In this document: positions 46,690 to 59,929 of the stretch, piece by piece | Numbering within the stretch: position 1 is the first letter of the stretch | Layout of the letters: each line of letters begins with the position of its first letter | Assembly (NCBI RefSeq): GCF_020745735.1 | Contig: NC_083406.1 | Span: 45,444,255 to 45,508,254 of the forward strand | From: Hemiscyllium ocellatum | Lineage: Eukaryota | Direction: 5' to 3' | DNA: 64,000 nucleotides | The notes under the pieces: generated by a model | Database searches by the model: none | What the model was told of the DNA's origin: nothing | Seen by the model: only the letters and a program-made list of their open reading frames with translations | Position numbers and translations under genes: made by a program

Positions 46690-49100
46690 GATTGATTACA
46701 TCATTGCCCATTGAGTGTGTGCTAAGATGTTGGTGCCAAATGCCCAAGATAGAGGTCGGAGAACAAACAGTGAGCTGGAGTTGCCAGGTAACCACGCAAA
46801 ATTTTGTCATGGAAATATCATCATCTTGTTTCTATCTGGCAGATGGAAGAACGAGAATCTGCATATTGATGAGGTGAGATTAGGTAATAATAAGATGCTA
46901 ATACATGCAAATAGGCCTGTTCTTATACACATGTGTAATTGTTCAACACTTGGTTGGAAAATAGGAAGTTGTGCTCTTAATGTTGAGAGGCTCTTCACTG
47001 AATATGCCATTTGATTTTCCCAACTTTCACCCAATAGCCAGGCAGGGCCAGGAGAGGTGTAACAGTGCCAATGGACTCCTAACCTTGTATGAGGAGAAAA
47101 TCATGGTCCTTGCAAGAGAACACTGGAACTGTTCTTGTGGAGATATCCTGTCAACTGACTAAGTTCTATTCTTTAATCCACTGCAACTCTTATAGTAACA
47201 CCATTTCTAACCACTGGCCATGATACCTTCTTTCTTTTGTGTCAGCAGGTGTCAGTGGGATGTTCACAACCCCTAAAGAGAAACTGGTTGCTCCAACAGA
47301 AAGGACTCTTCCACCTCTGAGCACGTGAATTCTCAGAGGAAATATTGGTAAGACTGCCTCTCCCACCCTCTGCCAGTTCAGGTACTGGCAGCTTGGTGGG
47401 AACATCAAGTGTCGAATAGGTGGCAGCATCAGCTGGTGAGCAGCTGAGGACAAAAACTTCATACCTGGATAAGGAAGAAATGCTGAGCACCTCTGGCATT
47501 CAGAGGACTTGAATGCACATGCTCAAACCCAGGACTGTGTGATGTTAGCAACTGAGGTCTTGGTCCAAGCACAGGAGCAACAGACAAGTATGTGGGAGGT
47601 GTGGGAGAAATCTTGATTATGTTTAAACAAAATGTCAGCAGTTGAATGTATATTGTACAAGGTACTTGAGTAGAAACTGTGTAGCTGCAGAAAGCATGGG
47701 CAGAATGCTCCAACAAAAGGCAGGACTGACCACTAAAATGGCAAGAACCCTGGTGCTTGAATAAGATGAATGGGTGAAAGTGAGAGGATGGGAGCAGGTA
47801 TAAAAGTATAAATATGTAAGGCCCGTGTGGGCAGTTAGAATCAGAAGGAAGGTGGTCGAGATCGACTGCTCATGTAATTTTTTTTTAAGTTTGACCAATA
47901 AATAATTATAAAAAACGGACCATCCCTGATGGCCTTGTGTGTGTTTCATTATGAAAACTTTGGACCAAACAGAGAGAATGGCTCTCTTAGCTCAGAAGCT
48001 ACAGGAGCACAGCTGGAGAGCAAGCAACTGATTGGCAGTCTGCAAGACCAGGTCCAACACTCTTATTGTCTGCTGGGTGTGTGCACAAACCCTGCACTCC
48101 CTTCCCCTAGCTATTGGTCCTCTTGACCAAAGAGATGGTGAAAGGGGTTCAGGGAGACGTGACCTCAGCCCAGGTACCCCTTCTTTACCAGGCGATGGAA
48201 GGGGTGGGGGGTCCACTGTCAAGCAAGCTCCCTCCTCCCACACTGTGAAACTTGGACTACAATGAAATGGAGTGAAAAGGACTGAAACAAGATATCCTTT
48301 TGAAAGCACTTGGTGGTAGGAGTGCTGTTGCAATGTACACTAATACTTCAATTTCTATAAATGTTGAGTGTTACACTAAATCTGTTTGTTTGAGTCTCTG
48401 TCTAGACCCAAATGTAACTGTAGCACCATGATGTAGTACATCATGTCGATGCAGCATGTGCAATGTCTTAACTGAGAGCTTACTGCAGCATGTATAAGCA
48501 AGATAAACATGATTTGGAGATGCCGGTGTTGGACTGGGGTGTACACAGTTAAAAATCACACAACACCAGATTATAGTCCAACAGGTTTAATTGGAAGCAC
48601 ACTAGCTTTCGGAGTGACACTCCTTCAGCAGGACAATCACCTGATGAAGGAGCGTCGCTCCGAAAACTAATGTGCTTCCAATTAAACCTGTTGGACTATA
48701 ACCTGGTGTTGTGTGATTTTTAAAAAAGATAAACATGGCCTTGTATAGGGGAATACTGTTGGCTACTTAGCCTCCATATTAACCTCCCTCTTAGCCAAAT
48801 AATATTATTCTTTCACTGGCTTCAGTGTGCAAAAGTGTTGATCTTGCAACGTCTGGAGCAGGGCAATATGCAGCATACAGGGAACCAATGCTTTAACATC
48901 ACAAGGGATTGGGAGTCCGTTGTTTCTGATGGAAATACTTCAGATCTGTGGGTCTTGTAGCTTCTTCCCACACAAATTGTAATATTTACCCTGCCCACCA
49001 TGAACAGCAGATCTCCAATTTCTTGACAGCTGGCAAGTGAATCAGAAAAGTGGCATAATGTTCCTGAGAGATGGAAGTGACCAGATGTCAATAACCTTGG
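46690..49100. mobile_element. Very old PIF/Harbinger remnant: Myb/SANT-like gene (+, ~46700-48300) convergent with transposase C-terminus (-, ~48330-49100)
   Basis: LLTLYEEKIMVLARE...CSCGD (46971-47162) resembles Harbinger Myb-protein C-terminal segments; LVMLKHWFP (48822-49091) resembles the transposase LKxRF motif. Weak. Confidence 0.35.
48512..48725. mobile_element. Fold-back Penelope terminal fragment with intact hammerhead core
   Basis: Inverted arms ~48549-48632 / 48640-48723. CTGATGA-AGGAGC-GTC-GCTCC-GAAA at 48641-48665. 12-bp TSD aagataaacatg (48500-48511 / 48726-48737). Confidence 0.85.
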
Positions 49101-49169
49101 ATTAGGGTTGTGTACAGATGGTGGTCACAGAAGATACTGTTTTGTAGTAACCAACATGGAGACCCCTTT

Positions 49170-50580
49170 GGAGCTCAGTAAGCTTCACACAGTCAGGAAA
49201 TAGAGATCACATCTGGAGTGAGACACAGGTTGAGTGAGTATATAGTTCTAGTACTTTGCAGGCAGTGTGCAAATAGAACTGGTAAAGCCTTCCTTTCTTT
49301 CTCCATTTTAAAAGTTTAAAGATCAGTAGTTTAATGAAAAGGTTATTAAGGTAGCTGACTCAACTGACCAAGGTAAATTTGGCAGTCAATTACCTGAAGC
49401 CTGAATAAGCCCTCAGTTGAAGCTTAACCCATGTAAGCCATCCCAGCTCACATCAGCTCTGTTTAAAAAGGGGCCTGTTGAAAGTGTATGGTCAGTAAGC
49501 TTTGCATGGTCAGGAAGGAGAGATCACATTCAGAGTGAGACATAGCTGGAGTGAGTGCATAGTTTGGTGATTTTGGAAACAGCATTAGAATTCAGAGGGG
49601 AAGAGGTTCTTTTTATTTGTTTTTTTTATCCTAGTTTGTAAGGTCTTTCTAACAGGATAACTAGGAGCCCAGAATCAGGGCCCAGCACAAAACAAAGATT
49701 TCGTCACAGGAAAGCTGTCAGTCCATTGGTTGTTAATAGTTACTGTACTAACTATGAGAAGTTACTTTCAGATTGAAGGTAAAGAGGAAATTTTTTTTTA
49801 CAGATTGCAAATGACAAGACCAGTAGGAATTTTTCTTAAAAATTAAGAAATAAGTAACTAAAAAAGTGAGATCAGGTCAGGGAAAGCGCTTTACCTGCTT
49901 GATGTCGGAGCTAGTGGACCACATTGTAGTCCATATGTAGCAAGTATTGGTTGCTTGAGGAAGACCAGCTCAAAGTTGATGAGCAGGAGTTTGAGCTTTG
50001 AACATCGTGACATATTAGGGAGTGGGAGAGTTACCTGGATGCTGTGTTCCAGGAGACAGTCACACCCATTTGATTAACTACCTTAAATTTGGTCAGCAGT
50101 CAGGCAGAAGAAGATGTGACTATGAATAGGACAGGCAGAGGCAACCAGGAGGTAATGCTGGAGGAGTTTCAATCCTGGAGTTTGTCTAACTGTTTTGAGA
50201 TTCTTGCTCCCTGTGTGGATGAGAGGAGGGACTGCAGAGAGGATGAGCAAACTGACCATAGCATCATGGTAAAAGCAACCATTCCAAAGTCCCGAGAAAG
50301 GAGAAACATAGTTGTAATGAAGGAGCAGTGCTCCGAAAGCTTGTGCTTCCAAGTAAACCTGTTGGACTATAGCCTGATGTTGTGTGATTTTTTAGCTTTG
50401 TACACCCCAGTAAAACACCGGCATCTCATATCGTAATAAAGGATAGTATAGAGAGGAGTTTAGGCACTATTAGTGATGGCTGCAGAGGAACTTCAAGTGG
50501 GATGGGAAAGATCCAGTCATCATAGTCCATATAGGTTCAAGTGATATATGTAGAAAGAGGAAGTTCGTTCAGTTGAGGGA
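49170..50580 (+). mobile_element. CR1 5' UTR/ORF1 remnant with a Penelope fragment at 50320-50430
   Basis: LSNCFEILAPC (ORF 50089-50436) and esterase-type 'PVIIVHIGSSDI' DNA at 50510-50550; ~73-bp direct repeat 49175/49492. Confidence 0.6.
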
Positions 50581-50671
50581 ACATAGAACTAAAACTTAAA
50601 ACAAGAACAAGCTCTTTGGCCCACCATATCTGAGCTAACCATGATGCCATTCTAAACTAATCCCATCTACT

Positions 50672-52868
50672 TGTTAAGAGGAAAGGTGCTGGAACAAGTG
50701 CACCAAGGGCACCCAAAGTAGGGCAAATGAAGGAGAAAATCAGGAGCTACTTTTGGTGGCCTCCAGATTGTGGAGAAAGTGGGATTACGTGAATCCTGCG
50801 TATTAATAAGGAAAATACCATTATCCTATCGTCCATGGGAAAGCCCTCAATCACCGTGGCAGCAGATTCAGGTTGATTTTGCTTGACCAATAGATGGATA
50901 GCTATTTCCAGTGGTTGTGGATGCCCACTCCAAGTGGTCTGAGGTGGTGGTCATAAAGTCAGAAACAATGATATGGGTGACCTTATAGAGGTTTATAAAA
51001 TCATGAGGGGCATAGATAGAATTAATAGTGAAGGTCTTTTTTTCTTAGGGTGGGGAGTGCAAAAATAGAGGACATAGGTTTAAGGTAAGAGGGGAAAAAT
51101 TTAGAAAGGACCTGAGGGGTAACATTTTCATGCAGGGGGTGGTTCATGTATGGAACGAGTTGCCAATAGAAGTGGTGGACTCAGATACAATTGCAACATT
51201 TAAAGTCATCTGGATGGGTATATGAATAAGAAGGTTTTAGAGGGATATTGAACAGTGGGAGGCACGGTGGCACAGTGATCAGCACTGCTGCCTCACAGCA
51301 CCAGAGACCCGGGTTCAATTCCCACCTCAGGCAACTGAGTGTGTGGAGTTTGCACATTCTCCCTGTGTCTGTGTGGGTTTCCTCTGGGTGCTCCGGTTTC
51401 CTCACACAGTCCAAAAATGTGCAGGTTAGATGAATTGACCATGCTAATTTGCCCATAGAGTTAGGTGAAGGAGTAAATGTTGGGGAATGGGTCTGGATGG
51501 GGTGCTCTTTGGAGGTTCAGTGTGGACTTATTGGGCTGAAGGGCCTGTTTCTACACTGTAAGTAATCTAATCTAAAAAAAATGCTGGTAAATGGGACTGG
51601 GATGTTTGTTTTGTGTAGATAAGTTGGACCGAAGGGTCTGTTTCCATTCTGTATGACTAATATAGGCCCATTGGATGAAATATTTGCCATTTTCAGGAAA
51701 CTTAAATAAGTCATGAGGGACAATGGTTCACAGTTTGTGATGCAAGAGTTTGAGGAGTACCTAGAAAAGCACAGAGTCAGACATTTGAGATCGGCTTCAT
51801 AAAACCCTGCAACAAACGGCCAGACGAGGAGATTTGTATAAACCCTGAAGCAGGCCTTAATGGCTTCACAAGGGGAGGGTGTGCTGGGATAGTGACTCAA
51901 CAAGTTATTCAGCATGAACAGGAATATGTCACACATGACAACCCAATGTTTGTATGCTTCCTTAATGTTTAGACATCAGCTGAAAACCACATTTGATTAA
52001 TTGCGGCTGGAAGAGCCTAGAGAAGTGATAGAGCGGAATCACGAAGGGCAGATGGGAGGGAACCTCACAGCCGAAGGTATTCTAAAGAGGAGAGAACATG
52101 TTGGTCTAGAATCATACATCTGGGGAAAAATGGATCCCAGAAGTGATGGTGGCTCAATCAGGACTATGTCATATACTGTACAGAATAGGGATGAACTGAT
52201 CTGGAGAAGACACATCGACCAACTGGTTGCTGTACCTCACCAACGGAGTGCAATCCCTCAGAAAACTAAGCCAGTTCAGATGGAACCAGAGGTGTTGACT
52301 GAGCCATGTGTCTCTGAGCCAGGGTTGGCCATACTCAGGAAGGAAATACCAGCAACTTTACAGGACAACAGCCAATCAGAAAGGAACATGTCACTGAACA
52401 ACAGGGGCTTCTGGAAGCCAGGGAGACTACACTTGAAAAGGTTCCTGAGACAAAGAGATGGTCTTCCAGAAACTGCCATTCCCCTGAGAGGCTGATCATG
52501 TTGATTCAGATTATGGATGGAACATCTTATATTAGGGAGGAATGGTTGTTCTTCCATGATTGTCATGCTTTTGTAAATATTCCTGACTATGTACATGTAT
52601 TGGCTACAATGCCTGTATATTATTTATAATTTTGTATATATGGTTATTAATGGGAGTTTTACAATAAAGGGGTGGGGGCATAAAGTATGTAGGTGGGGGC
52701 ACTACCCCTTTGACAGCTGGACAGGTGACCGAGAGGGGCAGAGCTGGGGTCCAATCTAGAACCGGTTATGGAGGTATAAGCATTGTCAATAAAGGATTTC
52801 TGTTCAGATTTGTCATTTGTCTACCTGATATATAATTCCTGATTCTAAAAGAAATACAGACATAACAG
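50672..52868 (+). mobile_element. Gypsy integrase/3' end remnant, interrupted by CR1 3' end (50975-51660) and HE1 SINE (51257-51573)
   Basis: PWQQIQVDFA*P..VVVDAHSKWSEV (50850-50950); DNGSQF..QEFEEYL...PATNGQTRRFV*TLK (51720-51850); SYTV...IWRRHIDQL (52001-52495). Confidence 0.8.
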
Positions 52869-52869
52869 A

Positions 52870-53540
52870 TCACATCTGGGCCTGGCTACAATCTGTCGTG
52901 TTTAAAAACAAACCTCTTTCACACATTTGCTATAAACTTTCTCCCGCTCATCTTATAACTATGTCCCCTGGTATTTGACATTTCCATCCTCGGACAAGAC
53001 AAAGTATACACCCTAGCCACCCCACTCATAATTTAATGTATTTATATCAGGTTGTTCCTCGGCTTCCAATGCTCTAGTGAAAACAATCTAAGTTTGTCCA
53101 AACTCTCCTTTAGTAAAAACACTCCAATCCAGGCAATATCCTGGTAAACCTTTTTTGCACCTTCCTAACCCTGATGAAACATCAAATCTCCTGCTCCTCG
53201 GATGCTGCCTGACCTGTTATGCATTTCCATTGTCACCCTTTTTGACTTCAACATCCTTCCAATAGTGTGGCAACCAGAACTGCACATAATATTCTAAATG
53301 TGGCCTAACTAAAGTCTTATGCAGCTGAACCATGGCTTGGCAACTTTTAAACTCAGTGCCCTGACCGATGAAATCAAGCATGTTGAATACCGTCTTTACC
53401 ACCTTATCTACTTGCATTGCCTTTTAGGGAGCTATGGACTTGCTCCACAAGATCCCTCTGTATCTCAACATTTGTAAAGGTCTGCCATTTGCTGTATACA
53501 CTCCTTTTGCATTTGACGTTCCAAAATTCATCACTTCACA
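52870..53540 (-). mobile_element. CR1 3' region (tail at 50580-50670 separated by the Gypsy remnant)
   Basis: ORF 53217-53417 QVDKVVK...LHKTLVRPHLEYYVQFWLPHY. Confidence 0.8.
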
Positions 53541-54240
53541 TTCACCAAAAACGGATACCTGCGCAATTTCATCAACAGATGCCTAAGGGAAAGACAACGG
53601 AATGAGGACATGCCACAACCCAAAGGACTAGCCACACTACCATACATCAAGAGCATTTCCAAACTGACAGCCAGACTACTGCGACGACTAGGACTCATAA
53701 CAGCACACAAACCAACAACCACTCTCAGACAACTCATTAGGACAAAGGACCCGATACCCAGCATGAGAAAACCAATGTAGTGTACAAAATCCCATGCAAG
53801 GAATGCACAAAACACTACATAGGACAAAAAGGAAGACAGCTAATGATCTGCATCCATGAACACCATCTAGCCACGAAACGACACGACCAGCTATCCTTAG
53901 TAGCCACACACACAGATGACAAGCAACATGAATTCGACTGGGACAACACTACTATTATAGGACAAACCAATCAGAGAACAGCCAGGGAATTCCTAGAGGC
54001 ATGGCACTCATCCACAGATTCAATTAATAAACACATTGACCTGGACCCAATATACCAACCACTGCAACGGACAGCTGGAACTGACAACCAGAAGCGGCAG
54101 ATTCAAGCCACTACAAATGCCAGAGGAAAGATCACTGAAGTGCTTCACAGGAGGCTCCCAAGCACTGAGGATGTCACCTAGACAGGGGACGAAATGTCTG
54201 CAACACAAATTCCCAGCTCGGCGAACAGAACCACAACAGC
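53540..54240 (+). mobile_element. Penelope-like element 3' part (GIY-YIG) with hammerhead core
   Basis: TLPYIKSISKLTARLLR; VYKIPCKECTKHYIGQKGRQL..IHEH...HEFDWDNTTII (53780-54181); CTGAGGA-TGTCACCT-AGAC-AGGGGAC-GAAA at ~54165-54194. Confidence 0.9.
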
Positions 54241-54639
54241 TTTTACATCTTTCCTTGATCTGCTTACTTATCTGTTCCTCTATCCTATGCTGGCTTGGGA
54301 AGCCTACAGTATTACCCTGTTATATTGATTGTACCTTTTTTCTTCCAAAGTTCTACTTACATTGCCTCACTGGATGAGCCCTCCATGACGTCCTTTCTTA
54401 ATATAGCTGTGACATTCTCTTTAATCAGTAATGCATCTCCTCCACCTCTTTTACGTCCCTCTCTATCATGCCTGAATCATCTAAATCCTGGAACATTGAG
54501 CTACCAGTCCTTCCCTTCTCTCAACCAAATTTCTGTAATGATGATGGTATTGTCCTTCCATGTATGAATCTAGGCTCAAAGTTTATCTTCTGTATTTGTT
54601 GTATTCCTTGCATCAAAATCAATACATTTCAGACCATTA

Positions 54640-56297
54640 GTCCTGTCGTGTTTAAGAAGGGTGGTAAGCACACGCCAGGGAACTATAGACCAGTGAGGTA
54701 AAAACAATGACTGCAGATGCTGGAAACCAGATTCTGGATTAGTGATGCTGGAAGAGCACAGCAGTTCAGGCAGCATCCAAAGTGCAGTGAAATCGACGTT
54801 TCGGGCAAAAGCCCTTCATCAGGAATTTTCCATGATGAAGGGCTTTTGCCTGAAACGTCGATTTCGCTGCACTTTGGATGCTGCCAGAACTGCTGTGCTC
54901 TTCCAGCACCACTAATCCAGACTATAGACCAGTGAGCCTGACATCAGTGGTGGGCAAGTTGTTGGAGGGAATCTCGAGGGACAGGATGTACATGTATTTG
55001 GAAAGGCAAGGACTGATTAGGAATCATCCACATGGTTTTATACGTAGGAAATCATGTCTCACAAACTTGATTGAGTTTACTGAGGAAGTAACAAAGAGGA
55101 TTGATGAGGGCAAAGCGGTGGACATAATCTATATGGACTTCCTAAGGCATTTGACAAGGTTCCCCATGGGGGACTGGTTAGCAAGGTTAGACCTCATGGA
55201 ATACAGAGAGAACTAGTCATTTGAATACAGAACTGGCTTGAAGGTAGAAGACAAAAGGTAGTTTTTCAGACTGGAGGCCTGTGACCAGTGGAGTGCCACA
55301 AGGATTGGTGCAGGGTTCACTACTTTTTGTCATTTATGTAAATGATTTGGATGTGAACTTAAGAAATATTGTTAGTAAATTTGTAAATGACATCAAAACT
55401 GCAGGTGTAGTGGACAGCGAAGAAGGTTACCTTGGATTACAACAGGATCTTGATCAGATGGGTGAATGGGCTGAGAAGTGGCAGATGGATTTTAATTTAG
55501 ATGTGCTGCACTTTGTGAAAGCAAATCTTAGCAGAACTTATACACTAAATGGTAAGGTCCTAGAAAGTGTTGCTCAACAAAGAGACTTTGGAGTGCAGGT
55601 TCATTGTTCCTTGAAAGTAGAGTTGCGGGTAGATAGGATGGTGAAGAAGGTGTTTTATATGCTGTCCTTCATTGGTCAGAGTATTGAGTACATGAGTTGG
55701 GAGGTCATATTGCGGCTGTAAGTGACACTGATTAGACAACTGTTGGAATATTGTGTGCAGTTCTGGTCTCCTACCTATTGGAAGGATGTTGTGAAACTTG
55801 AAAGGGTTCAGAAAAGATCAACAAGGCTGTTGCTAGGGCTGGAGGATTTGAGCTGTAGAGAGAGGTTGAATTGCCTCGGGCTGTTTTTCCTGGAGCTTTG
55901 GAGGCTGAGGGGTGAGCTCATAGAGGTTTATAAAATCATGAGGAGCATGGATAGGATAAATTGACAAGTTATTTTCCCTGGGGTGGGGGACTCCAGAACT
56001 AGAGGGCATAGATTTAGGGTGAGAGGGAAAAGATATAAAAGAGATCTAAGAGGCAACTTTTTCACGCAGAGGGTGGTATGTGTATGGAATGAGCTGCCAG
56101 AGGAAATGGTGGAGGCTGGTACAATTGCAACATTTAAAAGACACTTGGATGGGTATATGATAGGAAGGGTTTGGAGGGATATGAGCCAGGTGCTGGAATG
56201 TGGGACTAGATTGGGTTTGAATATCTGGTCAGCATGGAAAAGTTGGACCGAAAGATATGTTTCCATGCTGTACATCTCTATGACTCTGCGACTCTAT
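54640..56297 (+). mobile_element. 5'-truncated CR1 LINE (RT to 3' tail)
   Basis: NYRPVSLTSVVGK, SCLTNLIEF, GVPQG, LEYCVQFWSP, FFTQRVVCVWNELP; (gactctat)-type tail. Confidence 0.95.
54698..54920. mobile_element. Fold-back Penelope terminal fragment with hammerhead cores on both strands
   Basis: ~90-bp inverted arms; intact core on minus strand 54798-54822; 16-bp TSD actatagaccagtgag (54682-54697 / 54921-54936). Confidence 0.9.
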
Positions 56298-56299
56298 GT

Positions 56300-57330
56300 T
56301 CACTAACCTGGCCCTACCTATTTTCCCATCTAGAGTTACATGATTTAGCACCCCTCTTCTCTTCAAACACTGCCCTACTGCTCTCGTTCCCACGCCCTAC
56401 CACATTTGTTTAAATTCTCCTGTGTGGCATTAACAAACTTCACTGAAAGGATATTGGCACTCCTCTACTTCAGGTGCAACCCAGCCTTCTTATATAGGTC
56501 CCACATGACCTGGAAGAGATGTCAATTATCCAGCTACCTCAAGAAATCTCTCCTACACAAGCTCTTCAGCTGTGCATTTAATTATATTATCTTCCTATTT
56601 CTGGCCTCATGAGCACAGGGAGTAATCCCGAAATAACAACTGCTTTTCAATTTCCTACCTAATACCTAAATTCCCTTTGCAGGACTTCATTTTTCTTTCT
56701 GACCATGTCAATAGTAACAATAGGGGCCACAACTCTGGTTCCTTACCCTCTCCCTACAGAGTATCCTGTGGCTTCCCAAAGACATCATTGACCATGGCTA
56801 TAAGGAGGCAAAATACCATCTGGATTCTCGCAGCCACAGAAATGCCTATCTGTGCTACCATAAAGTCCCTATCACTACTGCCTGTCTACTCTTCAACCCT
56901 CCCTGCTGTCCAACAACAGAGCTAGTCTTGGTGCCATTGATCTTGCTGCTGCTGTTGCTTTCCCATAAAGAAGCCATCCCCTCCAATAGTACTCAACATG
57001 GTGCATCTGTTTGAGAGGGGAAAGTCAAAGTTCCCTCCTGTGCTCCTGCCGATGCTGGCTAGTCTTCCTGGTGGTCACCATGTCTTCTCTGTCTGTGCAG
57101 CCCTGCCTAGTGGTGTGACCAACTCACTAAATCTGCTATCCATGACAGTCTCAGCCTCACAGACACTCCATACTGAGTCCATCTGCAACTCCAGGTATTT
57201 CATGTAGCAAATCAGGATCTGCAGCTGAACATACATCCATTGACACTGGAAGTGTCTCGGTTTCCCACACATCGCAGAAAGAGCATTCCATGAGCTGAAT
57301 TTTCTTGCCATTTTGAACCCGAACAACTAC
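56300..57330 (-). mobile_element. Older CR1 ORF1 region (continues 54240-54640)
   Basis: MECSFCDVWE...DVC and LELQMDSVWSVCEAETVMDSRFSELVTP (CR1 ORF1 N-terminal Zn-finger/coiled coil). Confidence 0.75.
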
Positions 57331-57699
57331 AGACAATAAATTGGGAAACAATTATACAACCTTACCCATTATCACCAAAATCAGGTTTCTCACTGCCTCT
57401 CTTATTCCTAACAATCTGCAATGACAAAAGTAAGTATTCTATCTCCATTCTGACATTACTCACTCAGTATCCAGAGTCAGTTCCTGAACAGTCAAGCCTA
57501 TGTCATTTTTTAAGTCATGAAGTCACTTCTGGATCTCCTCCTTTGGATTCAGCTCCACTTCCACCATCGCTGCTCTGACTGACCCCACTCCAATCCGGTA
57601 GCTCCTGCCACATTTCACCCGCTGGTTCACGCTGCTGTGTTCCCTGTACAAGAAGAAGGACAGGGTATGCAAAGAATCAGGAATCTAACTTCAGGTACA

Positions 57700-59165
57700 G
57701 CTGGTAAGGGTAAACCTGAGACGGTGGTGGTCAATGCACGACTCAAGGCATTGTACTTAAATGCGTTCACTGTACGAAACAAGATAAATGAGCTGGGAGC
57801 ACAGATTTAAATTTGCAGGAACAATATTGTAGGTATCAGAGACATGGCTGCAAGGAGATCAGGGCTGGGAACTACATATTCAAGGATATTTATCCTATCG
57901 AGAGGACAGGCAGATGTGCAGATGGGATGGGGTTGCCTTGTCAGTAAGAAATGAAATTAAGTTGATAACAGGAAGCAACATAAGGTCAAAAGACAGAGAA
58001 TCTGTGCAGGTAGAGTTGAAGAACCACAAAGGAAAAATGATCCTGATGATGTTATCCTTATCTGGTCTGGCCTATACGTGAATCCAAACTCAGAGAAATA
58101 TGGTGGACTCTCTACTGCCTTTGAAGTGGCCTAGCACAACATTCAGTTGTATCAATCACTGCAAAGTCTCAACAGGAAATGAAACTGGATAGATTGTCTC
58201 GCATCGTGCCTAGATACCAGATCTGAGGCACTGTGGGCCACCAACAACAGCAGCATTGTCCTACAGTGCAATCTGCAAACTCATGGCCCAGCATATGCCC
58301 ACTCAACCATTACCATCAAGTCTCCTGGTTCAACAGAGAGCTTAGGAGAGCAGGCCAGGAGCAGGCATACCAAAATATAACATGTCAACCTAGTGAAGCT
58401 ACCAACATAGGACTACTCACATATCAACAGTACGAGCAGCAAGTGACAGACAGAGCTAAGCAAACCCACAACCAACAGATCAGATCTAAGCTCTACAGTC
58501 CTGTCATATTGTGATGGACAATTAAACAACTCATTGGAGGAAGAGGCTTCACAAATATCCTCATCTTCAATAGTGGAAGAGCCAAGTACATCAGAGCAAA
58601 AGATAAAGCCAAAGCATTTGCAGCAATTTTCAGCCATCTCAGCCTCCTCCTTTGGTCCCCAGCAAAAGAAACATTTGGAGGTACTGGATATTGAAAATGC
58701 GATGGGCCCTGTCAACATTCTGGCAATAGAACTGAAGATTTGTACTGTAGAACATGTTGCTCCTCTAGCCAAGCTCGTCCAGTGCAGTTACAATGGTGAC
58801 ATCCACGCAACAACGTGGGCAACTGCCCAGATATGACCTGTATACAAAAAGCAGGATAAATCCAACCCATTAATGATCTGGACAAAGGAACTGTGGGCAT
58901 TACTGCTAAGTTTACAGATGACATCGAGAAAGAGTGAGTGATAAGTTTTGTTGAGGAAGCAGGAGGGGTGCAGGGGGACTGGACAGGTTAGGACAGAAAG
59001 CAAAGATGCTGTTGATGGAATACAATGTGGGAAAGTGTGAGATTATGCTCTTTAGTAGGAAGAATAGAGGCATTGACTACTTTCTATATGAGGAAAGGCT
59101 TCGGAAATCTGAAGCACAAAGCGACTTAAGAGTTCTAGTTTAGCATACTTTCAAGATTAACATAG
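57700..59165 (+). mobile_element. CR1 endonuclease fragment (57700-58050), Zenon-like LINE fragment (58050-58870) and CR1 RT fragment (58880-59165)
   Basis: LYLNA...NKINEL; DRAKQTHNQQIRSKL, AMGPVNILAIELKIC...APLAKL; KFTDD...MEYNVGKCE. Confidence 0.75.
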
Positions 59166-59929
59166 CAATAGTAATAATAATAATAGTAATTTATGGTTAT
59201 GTGTATTTGTGAAAATATACTAAAATGTGTTTAAGTCACCAGGAGCCAGCACCATTTTAATTACATAAATTATATATAGAAATAAATCATACAAAGTTAG
59301 GGCAAGTTTCATTTTTCTTTCCACACAGGGCTTCTTGTTTCCTACAGGATGCTGCCACACTCTGCAGCTGCCAAACCATTCCCTAGGCCTCAACATCAAG
59401 GGGGAAAAACACTGAAGCAACCCCTGCTGCTGCTGACTGGACCCAGAATGTCACCTCTGTGAAAGCCACCTCATCACCTCTGCTACTCCAGTTGCCACCA
59501 TAGCCAGGAGACTGTCCCAATTCTCTAGGCCCGGGGCCCATCTCAACTTCTAAGAACCAATTGACCATCCAAAGTAACTCCCAAGAAACAAGAGATCATT
59601 CACTCCACCACTGTTGCAAATGCTGTCAAAACATCAGAGGAGAACAATAGTGTCCATTTCACCGACACTGGAACAGTTGATCAAGCCACAACTGCCATGG
59701 CCATGAGGAATGGACTGGATTTCCCCACCCCTCAACAGTTCCCTACTCCCTGTAACCTCTCTCTGTCATCATAGCTGCAGAAAGAAAAAATGAATTTGAT
59801 TCAAAAGTTAAATGAAAAAAATAAAATTAGTAGAAAAGAAAGATACAGTCAGTCATGCAAGACAGAGCAGATGGGTTGGAAGCCCAAACACCTCCTCCTT
59901 TGCCACCTCTACCATCTTGAAATCTTTGA

